Position numbers and translations under genes: made by a program. The notes beneath the pieces are model-generated. The model was not told where the DNA came from, did no database searches, and saw only the letters and a list, made by a program, of their open reading frames with translations. 64,000 nt of DNA from Eledone cirrhosa (taxonomy: Eukaryota): the NCBI GenBank assembly GCA_964016885.1, contig OZ024753.1, forward strand, positions 6,696,001-6,760,000. Direction: 5' to 3'. Within the stretch, counting starts at the first letter, position 1, and each line of letters starts with the position of its first letter. Shown piece by piece: positions 1 through 12,670 of the stretch.

Positions 1-230
1 AGATGTGCCAGTTATCGCAAGGGCAGTGTTCTCAAACACTCCTTCCAGCATCTTATCCGACCTGACCCCTAAGCTTCCTCAGCGAGACCAGCCAAATTCA
101 ATGATGTCATCTAATCACCTTCACGGATCTACCCCTGGGTTTCCTGTCGGTTGGTTTTGATCGTAAATTATGTCTAACGATTATTTCCTGATATTCTATC
201 TACATGCCCACATTTTCTGTAAAGTGTTTA
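1..230 (-). mobile_element. Decayed RTE-like LINE, ORF C-terminal fragment
   Basis: Minus-strand translation across frameshifts gives GHVDRI...IVRHNLRSKPTDRKPRGR, resembling the GHVxR...G.RPRGRP motif at the end of RTE ORFs. Confidence 0.6.
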
Positions 231-262
231 AAAGTTTATTCAGTTCTCTTAGTGTTCTAGTC

Positions 263-722
263 AATTGAAAACTTTTTTCGTACTTGTATTTCCTTTGTCA
301 TTTACTTTCCATCTCATCTCTGCTACAATGATAATTACTTTGGGAATCAATACGATAACAAGCAAATATATAAATTAAATATGTTTTAGAGTCACCTTTG
401 ACTAAAACATTAATTTATCATACAACGGCTTTCATATAATAGAAACCCCGAGGGCCTATCTCATGTGGAAGGTTCTGGATTAATTTGAGAAATTGAAAAC
501 TTACTTTGTACCTATATTTTCTTTCTCCTTTACTTTCCATCTCATTTCTGCTAGAATGACAATTACTTTAGGAATATTTCAGATAAGAATCACATATACA
601 AATGAGTATTTTCAAGAGTCACCTTTCGCTAAAACATTGTTAATTTATCGTACGATGTTTTTAAGGTAAAAAAAACTATGAGGAATTATGAAGTGTGGAA
701 AGTTCTGGAACTAATTTGAGGA
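263..722. repeat. Tandem duplication, two diverged units of about 228 bp
   Basis: aattgaaaact at 263 and 491; tttactttccatctcat at 301 and 529; agagtcacctt at 388 and 615. Confidence 0.85.
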
Positions 723-1034
723 ATTAACTAAATGCTGTATTTTTTTTTTTTAGTATTTTTTTTTTGTGGGGGGGGGGGTTAGAGAACCCTCCCAATAACA
801 CGAGCTCAATATATCAACTCATCTTTACTGTATACGTTCGAAATAGTCATAAATATGATTTCACATAACGTAAAAGGAAATCAACTAAATCTTAAAATTT
901 TATAGTTAGATAATATTAATGAGCCGGAATCATTTCGTAATTCTTTACGTAATGATTCCACCTCATTAATATTGGTTTCAATTCATAATATATTCTTGTC
1001 TGGACATTTAATTAGTGATATGATGTAGTGTAAA

Positions 1035-1670
1035 TAATTGGTTCTACTTTGGGCACACGGCCAGCAATTATCTCAGTGCATTACTGGTACTTTATTTTAC
1101 CGACCCCATAAGGATGAAAGGCAAAGATAACCTCGGCGTGATTTGAACTCAGAACGTAAAGGGACATAATTCTATACTGCAAAGAATGGTGTCTAACACT
1201 CTACCGAAACTGCCAATGATAATGGTTTTTTATATAGGCATAAGGCCAGCAGTTTTGGGAGGAGGGGAAAGTCGATTAAATCGACCCCAGTGCGTGACTG
1301 GTACTTTATTTTACCCACCTCGTAAGGATGAAAGGCAAAGATAACCTCGGCGGGATTTGAACTCAGAATGGCTAGGGCCGTAACTCTATACTGCAAAGCA
1401 TGACGCTCTGCCGCTACTGCCAATGATAATAATTGTTTCTATTTTAGGCACAAGGCCAGCTATTAACCAGTGTATTACTGGTACTTTATTTTATCGCCCC
1501 CGTAAGGATGAAAGGCAAAGTTAACCTCGGCGGGATTTGAACTCAGATAATAATAATAATGATTTCATTTATTAGCCACAAGGGCCGACATGTAGGGGAC
1601 AATACAAAGACAGGGATTTGAACTCAGAATTGCAAGGGCCGTAACTCTATGCGTCAAAGCATGGCGTCCG
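1035..1670 (-). mobile_element. Cluster of 3-4 tRNA-derived SINEs (family A, Nin/Deu-type central domain)
   Basis: Repeated ggtactttattttatcgaccccgtaaggatgaaaggcaaag...gggatttgaactc. The reverse complement has a pol III B box (GAGTTCAAATCCC) and the GCCTTTCATCCTT..GGGGTCGATAAAAT.AGTACCAG core recalled from Nin/Deu SINEs. Confidence 0.85.
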
Positions 1671-2357
1671 AATAATAATAATCATAATATAGCATTATAG
1701 ATATTCACGTACCAGCTGACAAGAATACATGTATAAAAACAATAGAAAACTGTCAAAATACAAAGACCTGGAAATAGAGATCAACCTAACGGAGCACATA
1801 CAGAATAAATATCCTACGCATAAAAATTAGTTAGAAATGTCTTTACCTGAATAAAGAAAAACATTAGAGTACCAATTGTTAATACACTTCATAAAAATAA
1901 ATTATTATGACACCCTAATTACATGCTTGGGATCACCAAAGACAGAAAGGGACAATGTATTGAGTTTCGGCTATTCGATCTCATCAGACTAATGGGAAAC
2001 GACGACTGTTGATCATTGACTAGTCTTTCACATTACAAAGAAACTGTCTATTCTTTTCAACACAGTGTGGAGGATTCCATATTAAGAATAATATAATAGA
2101 AACATGAATTATTCAGCTAATAAATATATTCTTATAATACTCAATAAACATATATCTTTACAGACAATAAAAATATATATATATATATATATTTATTTAT
2201 ATACCCGCACGCACACACACACACATAGACACACACACGTGTGTGTGTGTGCGTGTGTCTGTGTTTATATACATGTGTGTCTATATTTGTTAAATCCATT
2301 GTGGCTCGTAAATTGAAATATAGTGCCTAGCATGAATACGTACACGCATAGCGTCTG

Positions 2358-2407
<50 letters not shown>

Positions 2408-3291
2408 ACATGTATATACGTACGTATATGCAGCTGTACATACATGTATCATACTTATACACAAAAGAAATGGACGTGTTAACAATTTGAGATATATTTT
2501 TCTTTGCCTGATTAATGGTTTCAATTTATTACATAGACAAATGAATATATAACTTATAAAGAGAATGTAAATAGTTTAAATGTAAATTAGATAAATAAAT
2601 CTGTGTTAGGTTTCAACTCGGTCTAAAAGCATTAAAAAATATTACATGTTACCTTATCGAATACAAAGAATTTTATCTATTAACAATTTCACTATCTTCT
2701 TCTCTAATGGGATTATAATTTTCGCACACTAATTTAGCAACACGAATTATTTTTCGTATCTGAGTATTACAATAGACTGTCAATAACTATATTGTACTAT
2801 ATTCTACATTTGAAGACAGACGTATATGCATGAGTTAAGAACAATGTATTATGATTTACCTCAAAATCAGCAGCGAATTTCTATGCGAATATAGTCACCA
2901 TTTCAAAAGATTCATAGCTTATGGCATGACTAGTGGAAAAGAAACAACTCAGAAATTATGAATATATGTACGACTGTCAGTAAATATAGATGTGTGAATA
3001 TATGCATGCAAGAGTATTAACGAGAAGATTTGCTACGTGTGTATATGTTCTTACGCTTTCCTATGCTCTGACAAAACGTGTAGACACATAGACTGAAGGT
3101 TATCATCTTAACGTTATGAGTTCGATTCCTGTTGAGGCGTTGGGTTCTTAAGCAAGCATTTTATTTCACGTTGATTCAGTCCTAACAGCTAGGTAGTGCA
3201 TTTGTTCCGTGTACGAACATAAACAAATAATTAAATATATACATATATATAATAGAATGATGTAGTTTACTTGAAGCATTGTGTATATTAT

Positions 3292-3335
<44 letters not shown>

Positions 3336-3431
3336 GCTTAGTGGTTAGGGCTTACAATCGTGGGGTTGGGAGTTGTATATATATATATATATATATATAT
3401 AGGTATATATGTATGTGTGTGTGTGTGTGTG

Positions 3432-3617
3432 TTATGGTAGCTAAGATGCTTCCATAAGCAGTATGCCGGTTGAACACTCTATGCTATTGCAGAGCAGAGT
3501 ATGATAGAATAGAAAACGAAAAATCAGTGATGCATATGAACTCAATTTATTGTGTGTTACAAGTGTAACACAATAATTTGAGTTCAGACGCATCACTGAT
3601 TTTTCGTTTTCTATTCT
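3432..3617. repeat. Short dispersed repeat ending in a hairpin of about 110 bp (3506-3617); related copy at 55722-56048
   Basis: agaatagaaaacgaaaaatcagtgatgc...gcatcactgatttttcgttttctattct. The left arm recurs at about 55724, and 3434-3483 is the reverse complement of about 55999-56047. Confidence 0.75.
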
Positions 3618-3635
3618 CTCTCTCTATATATATTT

Positions 3636-4050
3636 ATTTATTAAAATAACAGATTAAAGTTTGAGCAAAGAGTCGCTGCCTTCACCCTTAACGGGATCTT
3701 CTGAAACTAACAAAGTCAATCTGTAAACGCAGAACTGGATATTTCAAAAAACGTTGCAATCGGAGGAAGACAGGAAGACGATACTTTGATTCCAGGTAAT
3801 GTTCGCTGGCAAAGAACGGGAAAAAACGAATAATACGTCATTAATAGGAGCGGTGAAAAACAATTACGCGCAAAGACAGAACCACGTTTATGGTATAAAA
3901 GAGGTCGTAGACTAAAGTTCTCTTAGGTGGTGCATAGAGACGTTCTCTGGAAATGAACGAAAAAACGAAGATAATAAGTCATATGTGGAGCGTGGAGAAC
4001 AATAGCACGCAAAGACAAAATCACGTAAATGGTAAGATAAAATATACATC
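3636..4050 (-). mobile_element. HHR-bearing repeat, family H1 (CAGAAGA core); probable Penelope-like pseudo-LTR
   Basis: Reverse complement of 3658-3708: AGTTT CAGAAGA TCCCGTTAAGGGT GAAG GCA-GCGACTCTT-TGC TC AAACT. Homologous to copies at 5.3, 33.2, 54.2 and 56.6 kb. Confidence 0.65.
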
Positions 4051-4054
4051 TTCT

Positions 4055-4712
4055 TTATTGATGTTCCCGTCTGCCGTGGGTACGAAGGTAGCTGTGGAGG
4101 CCGATCCTTGACTTGCAAGTCCGGGGACAGTGGGGGCAGGGGAGGAGACCGGAGTCAGACTGGCAACTCCCAGAGGTTACCTCCACCTCTCGCCCATCAC
4201 CGCAGGGCTTTGGAAGTGCACGATAAAGAAGAAACCTGTGCGGGAAAGGTTTATAGTGGGAGGGCCAGTGAAACAGTGACACTCCCACTCACTCGGGCGT
4301 AGAAGTCAGAATACGGTGGTACGGAGGACCGTCACGGCCAGGGACTTCCTTGGCTGCAGTGGATGGCCACGACATCTAAAGTGCCTTGCCGTTCCCTAGC
4401 GCTCCACACCGCTAGTTCTCGCCGCCTTTGTGACCACTCACTCTGCCGGGTCCAGACTTCGCATGCAGGGGCAAGCATGCCCTATCTAACTCACCGGGGG
4501 GTTTCAGACCCGTCCGGCTACCCTCACCCTGGTTCGGCCGGCCAGCCAAGGCGGTTTTCCAGGGTGTGGCCGCTGTCGCATGCTGCATCTTCTTGGGGCC
4601 ACAGGTGAGAGGTGAGTGTCGGATAGGACCCAATGCAGGACGAGCTCTCCTAAAAAGGGAATGGCTAGCCCTCCCAACAGAGGTACATGCCCTTCCCTGA
4701 CACCATAGGCAT
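4055..4712 (-). mobile_element. Internally deleted, non-autonomous RTE-clade LINE (5' UTR-like part joined to the C-terminal zinc finger)
   Basis: GC-rich island. The minus ORF ends in CPHCPRTCKSRIGLHSYLRTH, matching the RTE terminal CxxC..RIGLxSHxRxH motif; 4300-4712 resembles RTE 5' UTRs from memory. Confidence 0.7.
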
Positions 4713-4761
4713 ATACACACGCATATACATATACTTACATATGTATATGTGTATATACCTA

Positions 4762-4937
4762 TTTATGAGTTCTTCTGCCGTTTGTCAGGTTTTGTTTTTT
4801 GTCCTGCAGGGTGTCCAGAATCAACCTCCTCATCAAGCAAACTTGGTGGGGTTGTTAGTTTATTCGCCGACGACCCGAACACGCGACAGATTGTACTGGT
4901 TTACATGTTTCCAGTAGCACTCAATAGTGACCTGACA
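4762..4937 (-). mobile_element. Dispersed repeat resembling an RTE 5' end; other copies at 24330-24523 and 37340-37532
   Basis: Three copies share gtcctgcagg..ccctcctca..ggtgggg..tcgcc.acgacccga..tacatgtt.ccagtagca; each abuts an AT/AC microsatellite. Confidence 0.6.
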
Positions 4938-4941
4938 AACG

Positions 4942-4980
<39 letters not shown>

Positions 4981-4981
4981 T

Positions 4982-5058
<77 letters not shown>

Positions 5059-5269
5059 CCTGATTTTTGCAAAGTCTATACAAATCCATATTTCAACTCC
5101 GGTTGACTTCAAACTTTCATTTATATATTCCTTACGGTCTAAAGATATTAACTGCAACTTTTGTTTTTCAATTTTTCTGTTGTTAAAGGGCTTTTAGGCG
5201 CCGGTTATCCATGTCCGTCTCGCTCTTATAATATCTGTCTGTGTGCCTGACTATCTGCATTACGACATT

Positions 5270-5475
5270 CTGACGAACATTGATGACGTATTATGTTCGC
5301 TATTATCCCTTTATTGCCAGGGAACGTCTTCACGAACCAAAGTCTATTCTTCCTCTTTTCCTACGGTTGCAACGTTTTTCGAAATATTTACTTCTGCGTT
5401 CACAGATTGATGTTTTTAGTTTCAGAAGATCCCGTTAAGGGTGAAAGCAACGATTCTTTGCCTAAATTTTAATCT
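5270..5475 (+). mobile_element. HHR-bearing repeat, family H1, plus-strand copy
   Basis: 5418-5468: AGTTT CAGAAGA TCCCGTTAAGGGT GAAA GCA..TGC CT AAATT; inverted relative to the 3636-4050 copy. Confidence 0.65.
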
Positions 5476-5508
5476 ATATATGTAGATATATATAAAACTG
5501 AGGAAGGA

Positions 5509-5572
<64 letters not shown>

Positions 5573-6141
5573 CCGAGAAATACCCAACCGAATTTTTTGA
5601 AACTTTACATGTGTATTACTTATGTTTCAGGGAGTGTTATGCACATAAAAAAATTCAACTTTTTGCTCCGCTAGGGCCCGCATTAAGTGAAAAACTGCGT
5701 TTTTTAAAGGTTTTTATGGGTTTTTTGAGGCATTACGTCAGACCGATTTCCTTGAAATTGTAACTATGTATTAGTCAGTCTCTTTCTCATACTGTGAGCA
5801 AAGAAAATCCAACTTTTTTATGGCCTAGGGCCCGCATTAGGCGAAAAACTTAATTTTTTCAACTTTACAGGGCTTTTTTGAGGCGTTACGTCTAGCCGAT
5901 TTTTCCCGAAATTTCAAGGCATATTATGCACATAAAAAAAATTCATTTTCTTGATCCCCTAGGTGAAAACCTGCATTTTTCCTGCTTCATCGAGGAAAAT
6001 CTGAAAGATTATCCAGCCATCAGAGTGTTCGGTTTTTTTCTTTATATATTGCCTAGGCATGCAGTTTGTCCACTATTAGGTCTGTTGGCGACCCGCGTTC
6101 CAAAATACCTTATCCCGTGCAACGCCGAGTACCACTGCTAG
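5473..6141 (+). mobile_element. Non-autonomous Helitron
   Basis: 5' TCTATATA...TATAAAA followed by (GT)n; internal direct repeats (tagggcccgcatta twice); 3' hairpin cccgtgcaacgccgag followed by CTAG|T. Confidence 0.7.
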
Positions 6142-6172
<31 letters not shown>

Positions 6173-7001
6173 AGATAGGTATATGAGTTAGATAACAAAC
6201 TATTTTCCTCCAGTCAAATATAAATTTCATATCGTTTCGTGTTTGTCTTACATATTTTGAATGTTACTGGAAAATCAAAAATTTGAATACAATTAAATAT
6301 ATATATTGTGAAGGGAAGAATAAGAAGACATGAACACAAATGGGTATTTTTATAGCAAAATTATTTGTAATAAATATCTCATGTTACATATACGTGTGGC
6401 TATATAATTTGAGAAAAACATATCTAATAGTAGTTTCCGGGTAAATGTCTTTCGCAAACATATTAAATATTAAAACTGGATATGTACAATGTCTATATTT
6501 TAAAATTGTATTTAAAATATAACAAATAACATGTCATGAGAAACATCTATTTTTCGTATTACACATATAATTGTGTTTCTGAGTGAAATATATGCTTCTT
6601 TATATTATAGTAGGGAATAAAAAATGTATGTCGCGTAACTATCCAATCACGTACGTATATATATTGGTAGACCACTTGGTAACAGTGAACGAGAATCATG
6701 GAGAGCTGCATGAATAACGCATATCAAGTCACCATCCAATTTCATATACACACATAAACAAGATGATGTAGAACAGAACACATGAGAGACACAAAATAAA
6801 AGCCCAAGCACCGAGGAGGTCGCAAATGTGTGACAAAAGAGCTTTGACAATATATAAACAACCATTCAGTTATCAAACCAACCAACTAGCCGGAACATTC
6901 TAATTGAAGTGAAAACCAACATATATATATATGGGGCGGTGCCCCAGCATGGCCTCAGCCGGATGGCTGAGATATAACATTTTTTCATTAACATTGTAAG
7001 G

Positions 7002-7240
7002 GGTCTGAAAAGCCGTGGATTAGAGAGTTGGGCTAGATCGATACACATCGAACCATGAGCTGATAGATGGCGAAACGCGCATCACCATCCAATAAACGTA
7101 ATGAAGCAGTAACCAATCGTCCTTTATTATTTTACTATAATACGCTCTGTCTAGCTCTACACCTCGACACAGAAGTGAACCTAAACATCGAGTGCTCACC
7201 GGGTGAACATACAGTAACTCCAAGTTACACTCCCTGGATA
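7002..7240 (+). mobile_element. Repeat with a degenerate HHR; related copies at about 13000-13100 (minus) and 13825-14040 (plus)
   Basis: GGT CTGAAAA GCC...GGC GAAA CGCGCA TC ACC at 7002-7086; downstream ctctgtctagctctacacctcga...aacatcgagtgctcacc is shared with the 13.9 kb copy. Confidence 0.55.
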
Positions 7241-7683
7241 TATATATATATATATATAGTAATAAGAATATTTATATTTATATATGTTTAATACAATTAT
7301 AAATATGTAGGGTAGTACTAAGTAGTAGCCGGTTACCGGTATGACAAAAGGCTCAGTGCAAATGTTCAAGTGTTTTACAGAGCCGAGATACAAAGTATTA
7401 AAACGATCAAATTTTAGTTTAGAACATTTCTTTGCTGACAATTGTTTCTTCCAGAGGGAAGTCTGGAATCATCGGAGCATAGGGAATGTCGAAACATGTG
7501 ACTAAAATCCTAGTCATTCAGAACATTTAGGGTACATAATTGTTGTTAGTGTCATAGACATCATGTGGAGAGTCAGGAGTTAAGAAGGTGTTATGCTTGA
7601 GAGAACACAATTACAGGCAGCACTGGTTGAAAGTGTAAGAGGTATAAGCAAAAGGTAAAGGCAAACAAAAATGATATATATAT

Positions 7684-7920
7684 GTATTTACTTATGTAAT
7701 AAACAAAACAATGTAATTATTCCATTACCCAAGGTTTCACGAAGTTAGACGATTCTAACAGAAATGTCTGATTTCGTTCAACAGATGAAATATCTTAAGA
7801 AATATGGTAAGATATTTCATGTGATGAACAAAATCAGACATTAGTGTTAGAATCATCTAACTTCGTGAAACCTTTGGCAATGGAATAATTACATTGTTTT
7901 GTTTATTACATAAGTAAATA
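7684..7920. repeat. Palindrome of about 237 bp with a degenerate HHR in each arm
   Basis: tatttacttatgtaataaac... pairs with ...gtttattacataagtaaata. HHR folds at 7718-7792 (minus) and 7813-7887 (plus). Confidence 0.8.
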
Positions 7921-8469
7921 TCTCTGTACTTTACATAGAGCACTCTTCTTTCATTTACCTTTTCTACGGAAATATTTAACATATATATATTCTTATATAT
8001 ATATCTGCATGTGTGAGGGTGTGTATGTGTGTTTGTATGTGTGTTTGTATGTGTGTGGGCGGGCATGTGTGTAAACGAATATATTGCTACGTGTAAACGA
8101 AACCTATTTCATTTTCCTTTTTTTACAAATGCTTTGCCACAAATGTTAGAGTGAAGAGCGTTGATCGTGAATCAAATCACTAAACATTTCTGTAATCAAA
8201 CTTAAATCTCGTTGGGGAGGGGGGAGCATATCATTGGGTTCCAATGACACGACTCTCAATTACAAGTGGGTGATGGAATCTGTACACCAGAGTCTCTATG
8301 GAGAAAATGTTCTACAGTGTTGGTAAGTAACTACATATATATGTCAATCAGGTTTTATGTTCGGCGATTTACCGAATGAAATTTAATAGGGCAGTACAGA
8401 GGTTTCTTCATATGAACAAGATAGAAACTTTAAAACTTCTTCTAGCATTAGAGGTTCATAGTATAAGCA

Positions 8470-9100
8470 CGTGTGAGTGTATGTCAGAGCCCGTTTATCT
8501 ATGTATGATTGTGTGTGGGAGTGTGTGGGTGTGTATGACAGTGTGTATGAGCGTGTGTGTCTGACTGTTTGAATGAGCGTGCGTGTGTGTGTGTGTGTGT
8601 ATGTGAGTAGTATGTCATTGTGCCTGCATCGGTGTGTATGTGTATGTATACATGACTGTTTGTATGAGTGTGTGTGAGTGAGTGTGTTATATGTGAGTGT
8701 GCGTGCTTCTGTGTGTGTATGCGTATATGTATGACTGTCTGTATGAGTGTATGTGTGCATCTGAGTGTGCATGTACCTGTGTGTATGTGTATCTGAGTGT
8801 GCATGTGTGTGTGTGTGTATGTGTGTATGTGTATGTATGTATGTATGACTGTGTGCATGAGTGTTTGTGTGTGTGTGTATCTGAGTGTACATGCATGTGT
8901 GTGTATGTGAGTGTGTGTGCGCGTGTGGATGTTCGTATGTGTGACTTTGTGTGTGTGTAAGTGTGACTGTGTGTAGGTGTGTGTGTGTATGAGTGTGTGT
9001 GTATGTAACATTTTTACAAACATTTCACAATTTGGAGTGGCGCCTGTGAAAAACTAATTTCAAATTGAAAAAAAAAACGTTTTGGAAGCTGTTGAAGATG

Positions 9101-9185
<85 letters not shown>

Positions 9186-9285
9186 CATATATATATATAC
9201 ATATATATATATATGTATATATATATATATGTATATATATACACATATAAGCACTTTATAAGTATAGGCATATAAATATAAAGAG

Positions 9286-9322
<37 letters not shown>

Positions 9323-9366
9323 AGCTCTTTATAAGTATAGGCACATAAGCATAATGGGATTTATCT

Positions 9367-9404
<38 letters not shown>

Positions 9405-9480
9405 TCGTAGCTTCATACGAACGTATAACAACACACATACACACATACATGTGCACACGTATAGCTCTGTATATAAAACA
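8470..9480. repeat. Compound (GT)n/(TA)n microsatellite region
   Basis: Directly visible in the sequence. Confidence 0.9.
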
Positions 9481-9548
9481 TTTTTTTTTTCCATTTCAGT
9501 TAGATGCGCTCCATCATCCACTTTTCTAAACAAAATTGTATAATACTT

Positions 9549-9793
9549 AAAACGCCAGCATCAACAGTTTTCCAAGAGATGGCAACCGGAATGGACCTGT
9601 AATTATTCCCTAAAAGCATTTTTTCCCGATTCTGCTCTGCCAAAACCTTCAATCTCGCTAATTTCTCATTCTTCTTTCTGATGAAGGACTAGTATCCGAA
9701 ACGTTAAGATCCTCTTCCTGCTAGTTCAAGCGTTAAACTAATATATTCCTTCCATATACTGTACCGATTGTGTTCTTATCGCTGTTTACCTTT
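9549..9793 (+). mobile_element. HHR-bearing repeat, family H2; other copies at 20259-20398 and 32871-33122
   Basis: CTGATGA AGGA CTAGTA TCC GAAA CG TT AAGA at 9678-9709; shared tail cttcctg.ta.ttcaagcgttaa.ctaatatattccttccatatact. Confidence 0.75.
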
Positions 9794-9808
9794 TACATAC
9801 ATACACAC

Positions 9809-9841
<33 letters not shown>

Positions 9842-9874
9842 AACACATACATACATACATAGACACACACATAC

Positions 9875-9907
<33 letters not shown>

Positions 9908-10039
9908 AAAATGACGGTACCACTAATACAATGTTTAAGTGTTATTGAGGTGTATATGAAAACATATATAAACATATACTCTATTACTCTATCACGTGTT
10001 CCAGCCGAGAGGCTGAGGCCATGCTGAATATATCACTAA

Positions 10040-10515
10040 GCTAGAAGTATGTTTTGAGAATGTCAGACAGCGCTGTTTCAAGATTTGTGACACTCACTCA
10101 AAACGTATTGACATGAAACAGACTATAATCTATATAGAATGTTGCGCGATCATTGCTGGGAATGTGTATTTGCATATAACAAAGCAGAAAACATCGGTTA
10201 TTTGCATATAGTGCAAGCTTGGCTGATTATAATTAATTGGCAGTGTCACTAAGACAGCGTTTAAGTATAATAGATGTATATAAGAAAATATATATGTATA
10301 TATATAATACATGTATACACAATAAACATATGGGTAACTACGCTGCCGAAGAAAAACACTTTTAGTAACGAACGAAAAAAGAAATATTTTTCTCCATTTT
10401 CATCGATTAATATATCAGTAGGTTTTGAGTGAATGTCACCGATGAAATATTAATAAATCTTGAAACAGCGCTGTGTGATATTCTCGGAAAATACTGACAA
10501 CTCAGTGATATATTC
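10040..10515. mobile_element. Inverted repeat pair with HHR remnants
   Basis: 10431-10483: GAATGTCA CCGATGA AATATT AATA AATCTT GAAA CAGCGCTG TG TGATATTC. The inverted partner at 10056-10105 keeps GAAACAGCGCTG TC TGACATTC. Confidence 0.6.
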
Positions 10516-11729
10516 ACCGAGGAAAACAGATAAAAATACATTTCTTTCAAATGTAAACGAAGAATCACGTTGAGTCCTTCTTCAGCAGATCTTTTATATG
10601 TGGTTTGTGTGGACTAACCCCGTTTCATGTTACAATAATTATCATTTTCAGCATTACCTTTCAACGACCAAATACTTTATTTACAACACAACAGATGGAT
10701 TAAAATATAACAATTGTATATCGGTGGTGGTCTGGTTGCTTTGTCTGGTATTTGCTGGTAAATTTAAAGCTACCTGTGTAGACATATCTTCAAATACATT
10801 CTAATAACATCTATATAGTTCTTTTCCATGGTACTTCGTACCATGGACTCCTTTATCGAATGCCTGCTGTCTATTTCTAAGGCAATGATGTGCAATTTAG
10901 GATACAGGTTATATGTTATTTATCGGAGGTCAAGCGGCAGCACATTTCTCCCAATTGCCATTGACTCAGATTTCGGAACGTTAACGGTTCTGGGGAAAAA
11001 TAGTAAACCGAAAATTACATAGAAACAGAATTTTATTGATGTTTTCTTTCGGAAAGCATGACTATTTTCTATTACACAGTTAATAATACTAAACTTAAAG
11101 GTCAAAGCAACAAACTGGAATCGATACGATGCCTCCTGTCTATTAATGCAGAATAACAAATTGTCTTGATAATCCAGAAATAAGTCTCGTCGCCTATCGT
11201 AACATTGCTAATAACTAGCTAATAACTAGAGACGAACACATGTTATTTCACTAATACTACGCCCACTATTAGAAATGTTAACACAATTAGTCTTAGATGG
11301 ATTAATAAGTGCAACCATAAGTACGATGCCACTATCTGTATTGTAGGATATCACACATGCAATTACTCTCTTCGTTTATTGATGTCGAATTTATTATACC
11401 GAAGCGAAAGGAGCTAATTTGTAAATGTAGTTTTCCATTCAATAATATTGACTTTGATCAAATAAAGTTATTCCTTAAGGCTTTGAATTGTTAGCTTGCG
11501 TAGTAAAACTGCATTGCTATACATAGTTACAAAATCTAAGTGTTGAGTTCAAATCCAACCAAAGGCAACATGACATTCTCACTCTGTAAATATTGACATG
11601 TGTCAAGATATATTGTTGATTTAAGTGATTATCTTCATGAGAAAATGTTTCAGACTAATGCTCCACCCGGCCAGTCAATCACCCGGCCACTCTTCCACTA
11701 TTTGCTCAAGGCCAGTCAGTCAATCACAC

Positions 11730-12118
11730 TCGTCTACTTTTGGCACACGGACAGCAATGACCTCAGTGCATTACTGGTACTTTATTTTATCGAACCCATA
11801 AGGATGAAAGGCAAAGTCAACCTCGGCGAGATTTGAACTCAGAGCGTAAAGGGCCGTAAATTCATGCGTCAAAGCATGGCGTCCGACCCTCTACCGATAC
11901 AACCAATCCACCACAATACTACTAATAATAATTGTTTCTACTTTAGGCACAGGGCCAGCAATTAACCAGTGTATTACTGGTACTTTATTTTATCGACCCC
12001 GTAAGGATGAAAGGCAAAGTCAACCTCGGCGGGATTTGAACTCAGATCGTAAAGGGACGTAACTATGCTGGAAAGCATGGCGTCCGACCCTCTACTGATA
12101 CTGCCAACCCACCGCCCT
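11730..12118 (-). mobile_element. Two tandem family A SINEs
   Basis: Full-length matches including the tRNA-like head (reverse complement GGGCGGTGGGTTGGCAGTATC). Confidence 0.85.
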
Positions 12119-12149
12119 ATTATTGTTATTATTAATATTATTATTTGAA

Positions 12150-12670
12150 AAAGTTAATCAGGGCATCACCGAAGAGGTAAGTGCTCGTCTTCAGCCCTTT
12201 CAAACGTCTCCACCATACTATCTCTTTCGCCATGGCCACCAGACAGATAAAAACTGCCTGCCCTTCCCGGCTAAAGGAAGAGGGCGGGGCAATCCACATT
12301 TAAAAAGGAAAATCAGGGTAGAAAGGGAAGTGCTCTCTTCCCAGCATTTTGTTGAAAGATGGGTGACAGAGGCAAGAATGGCCCGAGTGAAGGGGCCTAC
12401 TCTGAGTAGTGTGTCTGTAAATTAAAGGTGCAAAACTGGGAGAGGGCACTTGCCCTGGTGGTCAGGGTCACTGTGGCTTTTTAGTGGGCTTTCTCCACGA
12501 ATGTCCCTCGGAAGTCTCCCCCCTATTGGGGAATTTTTTCATTGTTTTATTATTACATCCTCTGTTTCTTGTTTTTTACACGCAGAAATGCCCATTTGTA
12601 CCGCCCTGTATTGTCCTGTACTGTCCTTAATGTCTATTTTATGTAGATCCTTGTGGTTAATAAAGAAAGC
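12150..12670 (+). mobile_element. 3' fragment of a Tx1/L1-like LINE
   Basis: ORF end HLKRKIRVEREVLSSQHFVERWVTEARMARV resembles Tx1-type ORF2 termini from memory, followed by a T-rich 3' UTR and AATAAA at about 12659. Confidence 0.55.

Noticed and set aside
263-722. Polyubiquitin suggested by the 228 bp period
   Set aside because: The minus-strand frames I translated show no ubiquitin-like sequence, stops are frequent and the period drifts from 227 to 230.
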